From Polyangiales bacterium (GTDB lineage: Bacteria; Myxococcota_A; Polyangia; Polyangiales; Polyangiaceae), in assembly GCA_038231275.1 (NCBI GenBank), contig JBBRLQ010000018.1, positions 64,001 to 128,000 on the forward strand: 64,000 nucleotides of DNA. The letters are read 5' to 3'. The first letter of the stretch is position 1; each line of letters opens with the position of its first letter. Shown piece after piece: positions 9,243-18,459 of this stretch. A program made the position numbers and the translations under genes. The notes under the pieces are model-generated. The model saw only the letters and a list, made by a program, of their open reading frames with translations, was not told the DNA's origin and searched no databases.

Positions 9243-10138
9243 AATCGGACGGTCGTGCGCGTCACGAGCGCCCCGCGCGCGGTGGCGACGTCAATCGTGA
9301 GGACGTTGCCCTCGCAGGTCAGCCCGTAGAGCGTCGAACCGAACGCGGCGAGGCCGTAGACGCACGCGAACCCGATGGGGCCGAGCGTCTTCGCGGCGCC
9401 CGTCGTCCGATCGAACTCCACCAGCGCGTCGCCTCCCGACGCCGCGCGGGCCGTCGCGAGCAGCCGCCCTTGGTAGAACGCGAGGTCTCCGCTCGACGTG
9501 AGGCCCAATGGAAACGCGGCGAACGGAGTCGACACGCCGGTCGCGAGATCGATCGTCGCGACCTGAGAGCTCCCGGCGCCGTACAGCGTGCCCTCCGGCG
9601 AGACATCGAGCGCGTTCATGGGATCCGGCCGCGGCGCGATGACGGTCAACGCCCCCGTCGTCGCGTCGACGCGCACGAAATCGGAGAACGTCACGCCGTA
9701 CACCGTGCGATCGGGCGCGAGCGCGAGATCGTCGAGCGCCGGCGACGTCGGGCCGAGCACGCGCAGCGCCCCCGAAGGCAGCTTGACCTCGTAGAGTGTG
9801 TCGGCGCTCGACGCCAGCGCGCGCGCCTGACATCCGAGACCGGGATCGCACCCGTAGCTCAGCGGGCACTGCCCATCGTCCGGCGCGTGCGCGCACACGC
9901 GCGTGTCGCACGTGTCCTTCGTGCACGCGATCCCATCCGTGCATTCTGCATTCGTCCGGCACGGCTGCGGCGGCGGCGGCGCATCGACCCGCGCATCGCT
10001 CCCACCGTCCCGCGAACGCGCCGCGTCGCGTCCCGCGTCCACGGGCCGCACCCCCTCCGTCTCCTCCTCGACGAGGAGCGCAGTCCGCGACCCGCACCCG
10101 AGGAGCAGCGCGGCGAGAAGGACGGCACGGCGACGCAT
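9221..10138 (-). CDS. Beta-propeller lipoprotein with Cys-rich repeat
   Basis: Lipobox LLGC; CTDGIACTKDTC repeat; repeated LAL.PD.T.YG / D..TG blades. Confidence 0.8.
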   Translation of the reverse strand: MRRRAVLLAALLLGCGSRTALLVEEETEGVRPVDAGRDAARSRDGGSDARVDAPPPPQPCRTNAECTDGIACTKDTCDTRVCAHAPDDGQCPLSYGCDPGLGCQARALASSADTLYEVKLPSGALRVLGPTSPALDDLALAPDRTVYGVTFSDFVRVDATTGALTVIAPRPDPMNALDVSPEGTLYGAGSSQVATIDLATGVSTPFAAFPLGLTSSGDLAFYQGRLLATARAASGGDALVEFDRTTGAAKTLGPIGFACVYGLAAFGSTLYGLTCEGNVLTIDVATARGALVTRTTVRFYGATAR

Positions 10139-10164
10139 TTTTCGCCCGCAGCCTACGCCATCTC

Positions 10165-10195
10165 GAGGCCTGACCGGAAAAGCCGGTCAGGCCTC
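10165..10195. terminator. Perfect 13-bp hairpin (terminator or part of the adjacent repeat element)
   Basis: GAGGCCTGACCGG-AAAAG-CCGGTCAGGCCTC downstream of the kinase stop; no clear U-tract. Confidence 0.5.
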
Positions 10196-10238
10196 TCCGT
10201 CAGGAGTCGTTTCGCTCCGCTGCGCTTCGCTCCACTCA
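10196..10238 (-). repeat. REP-like interspersed repeat, copy 1
   Basis: Minus strand reads TGAGTGGAGCGAAGCGCAGCGGAGCGAAACGACTCCTGACGGA; matches 43997 and 47670. Confidence 0.85.
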
Positions 10239-11816
10239 TCAGTCCGGCGTGTCGGTCGGCCCCGCGGGTCGAGGGGACGAGGGACGCGCGGATGAGGAGG
10301 AGGGCGGAGAGGGCCGCCGCACGCCCTTCGGAGTCGGCGTCGGCGTCGGAGTCGGCGTCGGCGTCGGAGTCGGCGTCGGAGTCGGCGTCGGGGTCGGGGT
10401 CGGGGTCGGCGTCGGCGTCGGGGTCGAGGTCGGGGTCGGGGTCGGGGTCGAGGTCGGGGTCGGGGTCGAGGTCGAGGTCGCGCCGCTCCTCCGGGTCATC
10501 ACTATCGCCGCCGCCCCGATCGCCAGCGCCGCAAGGGCCACCAGCGCGATCAGAAGACCGCTACGCCCTGGGGCAGAAGCGACGACGAGCGCGGGCGTCG
10601 GTGTCGGCGTCGCGGTGATCGGCGCCGCCACGCCACGCGTCGTCGCAAGGGGGCTCGTCGGATTCGAACGCGGCGGAGCCGGAGCGGCCGGGGCCATGCG
10701 GCGCACGCGATCCGCGAACGTCAGCGCGTGCGGTGGCGCGAAGGGAGCGAGGGCATCGACGAGCTCGCCGAGGCTCGCATATCGCTCGGAACGCTCCTTT
10801 TCCAGGCATTTCAGGACGAGCGCGTCGAGCTCTGGCGGGATCTCCGCGCGGAAGGACGAAGGCGTCGCGGGAGTCGCGGTGGCGATCGCGACCGACAGCG
10901 CGGAGATGATCCGCGCGGGGAAGGGAAGCCGGCCGGCGAGCAGCTGGTAGAGGATGACGCCGAGCGACCAGATGTCGGTGCGCTCGTCGACGTCCTTGCT
11001 GTCCTTGATCTGCTCCGGCGACATGAACAGCGGCGAGCCCACGATCGCCTGCGTCGTCGTCAAGCTCAGGTCGCCGCCGACGGCATCGCGGTGGAGCAGC
11101 TTCGAGATCCCGAAATCGAGCACCTTCACGAGCGACGTGCCGTCCGCGCGCTTCACGAGGAAGAGGTTCGCCGGTTTGAGATCGCGGTGAACGACGCCGG
11201 CCGCGTGCGCCTCGGCGAGGCCCGCGCACGCTTGCAGCACGTAGCTGACGGCGTCCGCGATCGGCACGTCGCCCGCGCGCACGAGGACGGCGAGATCGTG
11301 CCCCGTCAGGTACTCCATCACGAGGTACGGCAAGCCGTTCGGCAGGCGCCCGACGTCGAAGACGCGCACCACGTTCTCGCTCGTGAGGCGCGCGCACGTC
11401 TGCGCTTCGCGGAGGAAGCGCGCCATCGCGTCGGCCTCGCCGCGGAAGAGGACCTTGATCGCGACGCGGTGCCCGAGCTCCATGTGACGTGCCGCGAAGA
11501 CCGCGCCCATGCCGCCCTTGCCGATCGACTCCTCGAGCATGTACTTGCCGGCGATGCTCTGGCCGACGGTCGGAAGACCGAGCGCCGCCGCGACACCTGG
11601 CGCGAGCTGGACGTCGGTGCGTTCGCCGACTGACCCGACGCCGGACGAGGCGGCGTGCGCGGCGTCGGCGAGTCGGACGCCGCAGTTGAAGCATCCCGCG
11701 ACGTGCGCTTCGATCTCCTTCGCGCGCGACCCTTCGAGCTTTCCCGATGCGAACGCGGCGAGCGTCGGCTCGTCGAGGCACGCGGGGTCGCGATCGGTCG
11801 GCGAAGGGGTCCCCAC
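10239..11816 (-). CDS. Ser/Thr protein kinase with N-terminal HxxxCxxC zinc-finger domain, TM helix and (PT)n tail
   Basis: AHVAGCFNC; IGKGGMGAV, VAIK, HRDLKPAN, DFG, SPE; TM segment then a TPTPTP tract; start taken at GTG 11816. Confidence 0.93.
   Translation of the reverse strand: MGTPSPTDRDPACLDEPTLAAFASGKLEGSRAKEIEAHVAGCFNCGVRLADAAHAASSGVGSVGERTDVQLAPGVAAALGLPTVGQSIAGKYMLEESIGKGGMGAVFAARHMELGHRVAIKVLFRGEADAMARFLREAQTCARLTSENVVRVFDVGRLPNGLPYLVMEYLTGHDLAVLVRAGDVPIADAVSYVLQACAGLAEAHAAGVVHRDLKPANLFLVKRADGTSLVKVLDFGISKLLHRDAVGGDLSLTTTQAIVGSPLFMSPEQIKDSKDVDERTDIWSLGVILYQLLAGRLPFPARIISALSVAIATATPATPSSFRAEIPPELDALVLKCLEKERSERYASLGELVDALAPFAPPHALTFADRVRRMAPAAPAPPRSNPTSPLATTRGVAAPITATPTPTPALVVASAPGRSGLLIALVALAALAIGAAAIVMTRRSGATSTSTPTPTSTPTPTPTSTPTPTPTPTPTPTPTPTPTPTPTPTPTPTPTPKGVRRPSPPSSSSARPSSPRPAGPTDTPD
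10331..10480 (-). repeat. Pro-Thr dipeptide coding tandem repeat
   Basis: Hexamer (GGNGTC/GAGGTC)n array on + encoding TPTPTSTP. Confidence 0.9.
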
Positions 11817-11886
11817 GGCACCCTCAGTTTGCCTCGAATTCTCGCGAGGGCAAAACGCGCGGCCGGCGAGGTGCGAGGCGAGCCCG

Positions 11887-13098
11887 CTACGGCGAGCAGA
11901 CGCCCGTGCTGACGACGTCGGCGCACGTCGTCTCGGGGGCCTGGAGCACGAGGCGTCCGCGCGCGCCGCCTCCGCCGCCGCATCGCGCGTCGCCCGTTCC
12001 TTGGGCGCCAGTGCCGGGAGGGTTCGCAGCGCCTGCCTGTCCGCCGACCCCGCCAACGCCTCCGGGGCCGCCGGTCGCGCCTGCGCACGTCCCGCCGACT
12101 CCGGCGTCTGCTCGCGAGGCCGCGCCGCCGCTCGTCCACGGATCTGCCGCCGTCGGCCGGCAGGCGCCGCCACCGCCGCCACCCCCGGACAATTTGATCG
12201 CGGCGGTCGCGCTGTCGAAGACGATCTTCTTGTCGGACTGCATCCACACGGTACCGCCCGCGCCGCCGCCGTAGCCGTCGGGGCAGCCTTGATCGGCCAT
12301 CGCGCCGCCTCCGCCTCCGCCTCCGCTCGCCTCGATCGTGCCGCGGATCGTGATCGTCCCGCAGAGCGACACGAGCTGCACGGCGCCCCCGCCGCTTCCG
12401 CCGACGCGGCACCCTTGACGCGCGTCGAGCGCGCCGCCGCCATTTCCCCCAGCGAAGAGGCCGATTTCGATCGGGGACCCTCCGGTCGCGCCGCACGTCG
12501 ATCCGCCGCCCGGCTCCGCGTTTCCCCCGCCGCCGCCCGGGCCGGTGGCCGCTCCCTTCGTGTGCGGGCCCGCGCCGGGGAACGATCCGGTGTCGCCGCC
12601 CGCGACGTCGAGGAGCGCGTTGTTCTCCATCGTCAGGTTCTGCACGGTCATGACGACGAGCGGCCGCGAGCCGGCGGTCTGGAGCTTCGCGTCGACCCCG
12701 ATGTGCAGCTCGTAGAAGAGGAGGAGGCAGTACGGCGTGCTCGGCCCGGCGACCGGAATGCATCCGGCGTACGTGTCGGTGTCGACTTGGAGCGTGCTCG
12801 TGATGTCGAGGGCCGGCGGCGCCTGGGCGGGGTACTGGATGCCGTTGGCGACGACGAAGCGCGGCGTGCAGTCGTCGATCGGGTGAGGAGCCGCGTCGAA
12901 GGCGGCGTCGATGGCGCCTCCGCCGTCGCCTGCGTCGGTCGTGATCGGCGCGTCCGTCGTGCCGGTGGCGTCGCCTGCGTCGCCTGCGTCGGAGGACGGG
13001 ACGAGGTTCGTGTAGCCGGTGAACGACTCGCCGAGGACGACCCAGCAGCCACCGAGGAGCGGCACCAGCATCGCGATCGCGGCCGCACGCCGCTTCAA
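11887..13098 (-). CDS. Gly-rich surface lipoprotein
   Basis: TTG start overlaps the upstream TGA; lipobox LGGC; repeated GGGGG/GGSGG segments alternating with beta-strands. Confidence 0.75.
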   Translation of the reverse strand: MKRRAAAIAMLVPLLGGCWVVLGESFTGYTNLVPSSDAGDAGDATGTTDAPITTDAGDGGGAIDAAFDAAPHPIDDCTPRFVVANGIQYPAQAPPALDITSTLQVDTDTYAGCIPVAGPSTPYCLLLFYELHIGVDAKLQTAGSRPLVVMTVQNLTMENNALLDVAGGDTGSFPGAGPHTKGAATGPGGGGGNAEPGGGSTCGATGGSPIEIGLFAGGNGGGALDARQGCRVGGSGGGAVQLVSLCGTITIRGTIEASGGGGGGGAMADQGCPDGYGGGAGGTVWMQSDKKIVFDSATAAIKLSGGGGGGGACRPTAADPWTSGGAASRADAGVGGTCAGATGGPGGVGGVGGQAGAANPPGTGAQGTGDARCGGGGGARGRLVLQAPETTCADVVSTGVCSP

Positions 13099-14075
13099 AA
13101 CGCACCGCCGAAGGTGAGGCCGCCGGCCCGCGCGCCGCTCCCGCTGCTGCCGCCGTCGGGCCACACCGCCCACGCGCCGAATCCGACGGCGCCGACCGCG
13201 AACGCGACGGTGCTCGTGACGACGAGCGTACGACCGAGCGACGCGGCGTCGCTGCCCTGCGGATCGCACGCCTTGTCCGCGTTGCAGTGCGCGTGCACGA
13301 CACCTTTGCGCTCGAGCGCCCATGCGCCCGTGACGAGGCTGATGACCATCCCGCCGATGCCCGCGACGAGCGCCGCGGTGCGCAAAGGGCTCCCCGACGT
13401 CTGGGTCGTCGTCGGAGCGTTCGGCGGCGTCGTCTTCGGTGCGTCGCCTCGCTGCGGGGGAGCTGCCGGGGGTGGTGCCGCGCCCGATCCCACGGGCGAG
13501 AGCGGCTCGAGCGTCGTGGTGATCTTCTGCGGCGCCCCTTCGCGCACCGTCACGACCGTCTCGCGCGCGAGGTAGCCGCTCGCGGTCGCGACCACGACGT
13601 GTCGCCCCGCCTCGACGGCGACCGCCGACCACTCGCGTCGCGCGATCGGCGCGTCGTCGACACGGAGCTCCACCTTGTCCTCGGCCACGTTCGGGGGCGG
13701 CACGAGCTTCACGAACGAGAGGCGCGCCTCCACCGCCGCGAGGTGCTCCGACGCGATCGGCACGCGATCTGCCCGCGCGTCGCGCTTCGCGAGGGCCAGC
13801 GCGTCGCGGAGCTCGCGCCTCGCCGCGAGGAGCTTGCCTTGCTGCTCGTGGCAGAGCCCCACGCTGAGGAGCGTCCCGCCGCGCGGCGCGAGCTGGTTGC
13901 TCTCGGAGAGCTTGTCGCACGCCTCGCCGACCTTGCCCTCTGCGAGCAGGCGCTTTCCCTCGTCGAAGAGGGCATTCGACTTCGCGAGCACGTCGTCCGT
14001 CTGTGCGCCCGCCGCCGCGCCCCAGACGAGCGCCGCCGCGGTCAGGAGCGTGAGGCGCCGCGACGACCGGACCAT
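13095..14075 (-). CDS. TPR + PEGA-like secreted protein
   Basis: Signal peptide; LFDEGKRLL...EACDKLSES...GTLLSVGLCHEQQGK TPR; VEAGRHVVVATASGY PEGA-like domain; C-terminal hydrophobic helices ending in F. Confidence 0.85.
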   Translation of the reverse strand: MVRSSRRLTLLTAAALVWGAAAGAQTDDVLAKSNALFDEGKRLLAEGKVGEACDKLSESNQLAPRGGTLLSVGLCHEQQGKLLAARRELRDALALAKRDARADRVPIASEHLAAVEARLSFVKLVPPPNVAEDKVELRVDDAPIARREWSAVAVEAGRHVVVATASGYLARETVVTVREGAPQKITTTLEPLSPVGSGAAPPPAAPPQRGDAPKTTPPNAPTTTQTSGSPLRTAALVAGIGGMVISLVTGAWALERKGVVHAHCNADKACDPQGSDAASLGRTLVVTSTVAFAVGAVGFGAWAVWPDGGSSGSGARAGGLTFGGAF

Positions 14076-14119
14076 CGCTTTCGACCGTAGGAGAACCGCT
14101 CCATCGGAGCAACCCCTCT

Positions 14120-14971
14120 TCAGCCTTTGACGCCGCCTGCGGTCAGGCCGCTCACGAGCTGCCGTTGCGCCACGTAGAAGAGCGCCATGACCGGCACGCT
14201 CACCAGGATCGCGCCCGCCGCGAACGGGCCCCACGCCGCGTCGTGCTCGCCGACGAACTTCTGCAGCACCACCGGCAGCGTGAACGCGCTCTCGCGTGAC
14301 AGGATCGTTGCCGCGAGGATGAACTCGTTCCACGCGCTCATGAACGCGAACAGCGCCGTCACCGCGATCGCAGGCCGCGCCGCAGGAAGCACGACGCGCA
14401 AGAACGCCTGCGTGCGCGTCGCGCCGTCGACCATCGCCGCCTCTTCGATGTCGACGGGAATGGAGAGGAACGCGCCGCGCAGCTGGAAGATCGCGAACGG
14501 CACCGCGGTCGACGCGTACACGAGGACGAGCCCCGCGCGCGTGTCGAGGAGATGCAGCGTGTCGAGGAGCAGGTACAGCGGCACCGCGCTCGCGACCGCC
14601 GGGAACATCTGCGTCGCCAGGAGCGTGCGCATTCCCGTGCGCTGCCCCACGAACTTGAAGCGCGCGAGCGCGTAGGCCGCCGGCGTCGCGATGGCCACCG
14701 CCATGAACGCCGTCGCGAGCGACACCGCGAGCGAGTTGAACGTCTGCGTCGCGAAGAGCCACGCTTTGTCCCCGCCCCCGCCGCCGAGCACGCGCACGAA
14801 ATTGGCGAACGACGGATCCTTCGGCAGCGGAAGCGCGCCGCCCTGCATGCCAGTCGGTGACAGTGCGAGCGCGACGACCCACAAGAGCGGGTACACGGCG
14901 AAGGCCACGGCGAGGAGCACCAGCCCGTGCACCGCGACGACCTCGAACCGCGTGGGCTTCTCGTCGTTCAC
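14120..14971 (-). CDS. Sugar ABC transporter permease (MalG-like)
   Basis: EEAAMVDGA EAA loop, WNEF and GLTAGGVKG end; GTGA overlap with the upstream gene. Confidence 0.93.
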   Translation of the reverse strand: MNDEKPTRFEVVAVHGLVLLAVAFAVYPLLWVVALALSPTGMQGGALPLPKDPSFANFVRVLGGGGGDKAWLFATQTFNSLAVSLATAFMAVAIATPAAYALARFKFVGQRTGMRTLLATQMFPAVASAVPLYLLLDTLHLLDTRAGLVLVYASTAVPFAIFQLRGAFLSIPVDIEEAAMVDGATRTQAFLRVVLPAARPAIAVTALFAFMSAWNEFILAATILSRESAFTLPVVLQKFVGEHDAAWGPFAAGAILVSVPVMALFYVAQRQLVSGLTAGGVKG

Positions 14972-17139
14972 GCCGCCTCCGGATCGCCGAGGCGCTTCGA
15001 CATCACGCGCGACGACACCGCGAGCAAGCCGAAGATGAGGACCGCGTAGGCCGCCGCGTAGCCGTACTGCGCATCCTTGGTGAACGCCCAGCGGTACGCC
15101 TCGCTCACGAGGATGTCGGTCGCGCCGTCGGGCTCGCCGCCCGAGACGAGGAACACGACGTTGAACATGTTGAACGTCCACACCGCGCCGAGCACGACCG
15201 CGGGCAGGAGCGCGGGCTTCAAGAGCGGCATCGTCACGAACCGGAAGCGTTGCCACCGCGTCGCGCCGTCGACCGACGCGGCCTCCAGCACGTCCTTCGG
15301 GATCGACGTGAGCGCGCCCATCGTGACGACCATCATGAACGGGAAGCCGAGCCACACGTTGGTCGCGACGTTGGCGGCAAAGGCGGTGCTGAAGTGCGAA
15401 AACCACGACACCGGCTCGGCGCCGAGCCACGTCAGGATCGCGTTGATCGCGCCAAATTGCCTATGAAACATGCCCTTCCACGCGAGCGCCGTCACGTACG
15501 AAGGCACCGCCCACGGGAGGATGAGGAGGATTCGGTAGACCGCACGTATCTTCATCCACGCGCGCGAGAGCGCCGTGCCGGCCGCGACGCCGATGGCCAC
15601 GTGGAGCGACACGTTCACGACCGTCCACACCACCGTCACCAGGAGCGTCAGGTAGAACGAGCCGTGGCCGAGCAGATCGCCGCCGCGCGCGGTCATGATC
15701 GCGAGGTAGTTCGCGAGGCCGACGTAGATGGGCGCGTCACGCGTGCCGGCAAAGAGCGACGTGAGCGCCCCGGCAGCGAGCGGGAACACGACGAGGAGAC
15801 CGACGGTGATGACGGCGTGGGTGACGTAGCGGTAGGCGGGCATCGACGCGCGGAGCTCCGCGCGAAAGCCGGGAGCGCGCGCGCGGCGGACGGCGAGCGC
15901 GGCGAGACCGAGGAGGACGAGCCCCCCGATCGCGAGGCCTGGCGTCGGCGACGCGGCGGGCGGCGGCGGGCGCATCGTGTCCTCCCAGCGGTGCTTCGCT
16001 TGCTCGAGCGCGTCTTTCGAGGTCATGTCACCGCGGAGCGCTTTCAGGATCGCCTGGTTCGCCGGCACCCACGCCGCGCGCATGGCGGGCGTCACGGGCG
16101 TCACGATCCCGGTGCGCGCCGCCTCGCGAAAGCTCTGGAGCTGAGGATCGCCTGCGATCGTCGGGTCCTCCCACGCCGAGAGCGTGGCGACCGCCTGACG
16201 ACCTTGCCGCGCGCGCACCACGCTGGCCTCGCGGCTGGCGAGCCATTTGGCGAACGCGCGCGCCGCCGGTGTGGCGTGGGGCGTCGCGCAGACCGCCTCG
16301 ATCGTGACGTACGGCCTCATCGGCTGGCCCGTCGCGCCCAGGATCGGCAGCGGCTCGGAGTGGTAGCGGAGCCCTTTGGCCTCCTCACGCAACTCGGCGG
16401 CGAGCCACGGACCGCTGATCACAGCGGCGACCTGGCCCGTCAAAAAGAGCCGCTTCACGAGCGCGCCGCTCGGCTCGTCGGGGACCGCGCCCGCGCGTGA
16501 CAGATCGCGCACGAAATCGAGCGAGCGCGCCGCGCCGTCACCGACGAACGCGAACTGGTCGTGGTCGTCGAGCATGCGCGCTCCGAATGCGTGCATGAAC
16601 GGCGCATGGAAGAACGCGCTCGTCGACTCGTACGCGAGCGGATAGCCGCCGGGCACTTTGATGGCCGCGAGCTCCTCCATCGTGCGCGGCGCGTGCAGGA
16701 GGAGCGCGTCGTTCAGGAAGAGCACGAGCGCCTTGCCCGCGAGCGGCACGCCGTACGCCACGCCGTCGATCGTTACCGCCGCGAGGCTCGCGGGATCGAG
16801 GCCGCGCCGCGTCTCGTCGTCGAGGCCGTCGCCGATCGGCGCCACGATCCGCTCGCGCAGATAGAAGCCGAGGCGCTCGTGCGGATCGACGAAGAGGTGC
16901 GGCCCGTGGCCTCGCGGGACCGCGGCGCCGAGCTTCGCCGAGTACGCGTCGTGGGGGATCGCGAGGAGATCGATCGTGACGCCCGGGTTCTTCTGTTCGT
17001 ACGTCCGCGCGACCGTCACGAGCGCCGCCTCCTCGTCGCCGCGGTACGCGTGCCAAACGACCACGGCCTCGGCGCGCGCGCGTGCGGCCCCGAGGAGCAC
17101 GGCGAGGGCCGCGAAGAGCGCCAGGAACGACCGCGTCAT
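14968..17139 (-). CDS. Fused maltose-type solute-binding protein and MalF-like permease
   Basis: Signal peptide, VWHAY, GPHLF...HERLG and ISGPW (MalE-like), then TM helices with EAASVDGA. Confidence 0.9.
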   Translation of the reverse strand: MTRSFLALFAALAVLLGAARARAEAVVVWHAYRGDEEAALVTVARTYEQKNPGVTIDLLAIPHDAYSAKLGAAVPRGHGPHLFVDPHERLGFYLRERIVAPIGDGLDDETRRGLDPASLAAVTIDGVAYGVPLAGKALVLFLNDALLLHAPRTMEELAAIKVPGGYPLAYESTSAFFHAPFMHAFGARMLDDHDQFAFVGDGAARSLDFVRDLSRAGAVPDEPSGALVKRLFLTGQVAAVISGPWLAAELREEAKGLRYHSEPLPILGATGQPMRPYVTIEAVCATPHATPAARAFAKWLASREASVVRARQGRQAVATLSAWEDPTIAGDPQLQSFREAARTGIVTPVTPAMRAAWVPANQAILKALRGDMTSKDALEQAKHRWEDTMRPPPPAASPTPGLAIGGLVLLGLAALAVRRARAPGFRAELRASMPAYRYVTHAVITVGLLVVFPLAAGALTSLFAGTRDAPIYVGLANYLAIMTARGGDLLGHGSFYLTLLVTVVWTVVNVSLHVAIGVAAGTALSRAWMKIRAVYRILLILPWAVPSYVTALAWKGMFHRQFGAINAILTWLGAEPVSWFSHFSTAFAANVATNVWLGFPFMMVVTMGALTSIPKDVLEAASVDGATRWQRFRFVTMPLLKPALLPAVVLGAVWTFNMFNVVFLVSGGEPDGATDILVSEAYRWAFTKDAQYGYAAAYAVLIFGLLAVSSRVMSKRLGDPEAA

Positions 17140-17143
17140 GCAG

Positions 17144-18340
17144 CTACTCGGCGTCGAGCGCGCGTCCCGTCTCGGGATCAAAAAGGTGCACTTTGCACGG
17201 ATCTACGGTGAGCGGCAGCGTGTCGCCGGTCTTCACGCGGCGCGCATCCTCGGCGTCGAGCCGGGCGATGACGCGCGGACCGCTCGCGCGAAGCCAACCG
17301 TGCGCGAACGCCTCGAAGCCAAGCGCTTCGACGATCTCGACCTTGAGGGAGCACGCCGCGGGACCGGAGCCCGCCGGCACGAAGTCGTGTGGACGCACGC
17401 CGAACGTGACCTTGCGTCCGGGCGTCAGCGCCGACCTGAAGCGATCCTCGTCGACCTTCACCGAGAGCCCGCCTCCTTCGGCGTAGATCGCGCCGTCCTT
17501 CGACACGAGCGTGCCGGTCTCGAGGTTCATCTGCGGCGAGCCCAGGAAGGTGGCGACGAACTTCGTGCGCGGGCGCTCGTACACTTCGAGCGGCGCGCCC
17601 TTCTGCTCGACGAGGCCCTTGTTCATGACCCACAGCGTGTCGGCGAGCGTCATCGCCTCCACTTGGTCGTGGGTGACGTAGAGCGTTGTCGCGCCGAGGC
17701 GATCGTGGAGGCGCCGGATCTCGACGCGCACCTCGGCGCGCAACGCGGCGTCGAGGTTCGAGAGCGGCTCGTCGAAGAGGAAGATCGAGGGGCGACGGAC
17801 GATCGCGCGCCCCATCGCCACGCGCTGCCGTTGCCCGCCGGAGAGCTGCTTCGGGAGGCGATCGAGCAGCGCGTCGAGGCCCAGCATCGTGCTCGCCTCG
17901 CGGATGCGCGACGCGATCTCGTTCTCGGCGGCGCCGCGGAGCTTGAGGCCGAACGCCAGGTTGTCCCGCACGCTGAGGTGTGGGTAGAGCGCGTAGCTCT
18001 GGAAGACCATCGCGACGTCGCGATCGCGCGGGGGCAGGCGCGTCACGTCCTTGCCCGCGAGGGAGAGCGTGCCCTCATCTGCCTCTTCGAGGCCGGCGAC
18101 GAGGCGGAGGAGCGTGCTCTTGCCGCAGCCGCTCGAGCCGACGAGGACGGCGAAAGAGCCCTCGGCGATCTCCAAATCGACGCCGCGAAGGATGGGCGTC
18201 GTGCCGAACGACTTCTTCACGCCGTGCACGGCGCAACGAATCGGTTTGGGCGACGCGACCGGGACCGGCGTCTCGGTGGCGGTTGTCGCCGCGCTCGCCG
18301 CCGGCCCTTGCCGCGGCGCGATCCCTGCGTCTGCCATCAT
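17144..18340 (-). CDS. Sugar ABC transporter ATP-binding protein (MalK/UgpC-like)
   Basis: GSSGCGKST, VFQSYALYPH, LSGGQRQR, DEPLSNLD, YVTHDQ. Confidence 0.95.
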   Translation of the reverse strand: MMADAGIAPRQGPAASAATTATETPVPVASPKPIRCAVHGVKKSFGTTPILRGVDLEIAEGSFAVLVGSSGCGKSTLLRLVAGLEEADEGTLSLAGKDVTRLPPRDRDVAMVFQSYALYPHLSVRDNLAFGLKLRGAAENEIASRIREASTMLGLDALLDRLPKQLSGGQRQRVAMGRAIVRRPSIFLFDEPLSNLDAALRAEVRVEIRRLHDRLGATTLYVTHDQVEAMTLADTLWVMNKGLVEQKGAPLEVYERPRTKFVATFLGSPQMNLETGTLVSKDGAIYAEGGGLSVKVDEDRFRSALTPGRKVTFGVRPHDFVPAGSGPAACSLKVEIVEALGFEAFAHGWLRASGPRVIARLDAEDARRVKTGDTLPLTVDPCKVHLFDPETGRALDAE

Positions 18341-18459
18341 GGTGCACTCTACCGGCCCACCCCCGCCTCGGGCGGGCGAGCGACGTAACGTACCTCTGAG
18401 TTACGTTCAGGCAAGCGCAAATTGACGGTCGCGTGTCGATCTTGGACGATCCCGGACGA

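Noticed and set aside
10331..10480. Regular hexamer array resembling a CRISPR or satellite
   Set aside because: No repeat-spacer structure and no cas genes; it encodes an in-frame Pro-Thr linker. The same applies to 39100-39192.
18395..18411. Possible second LexA box (ends GTTCAGG)
   Set aside because: The left half-site is one base out of register and the adjacent genes are not SOS-related.
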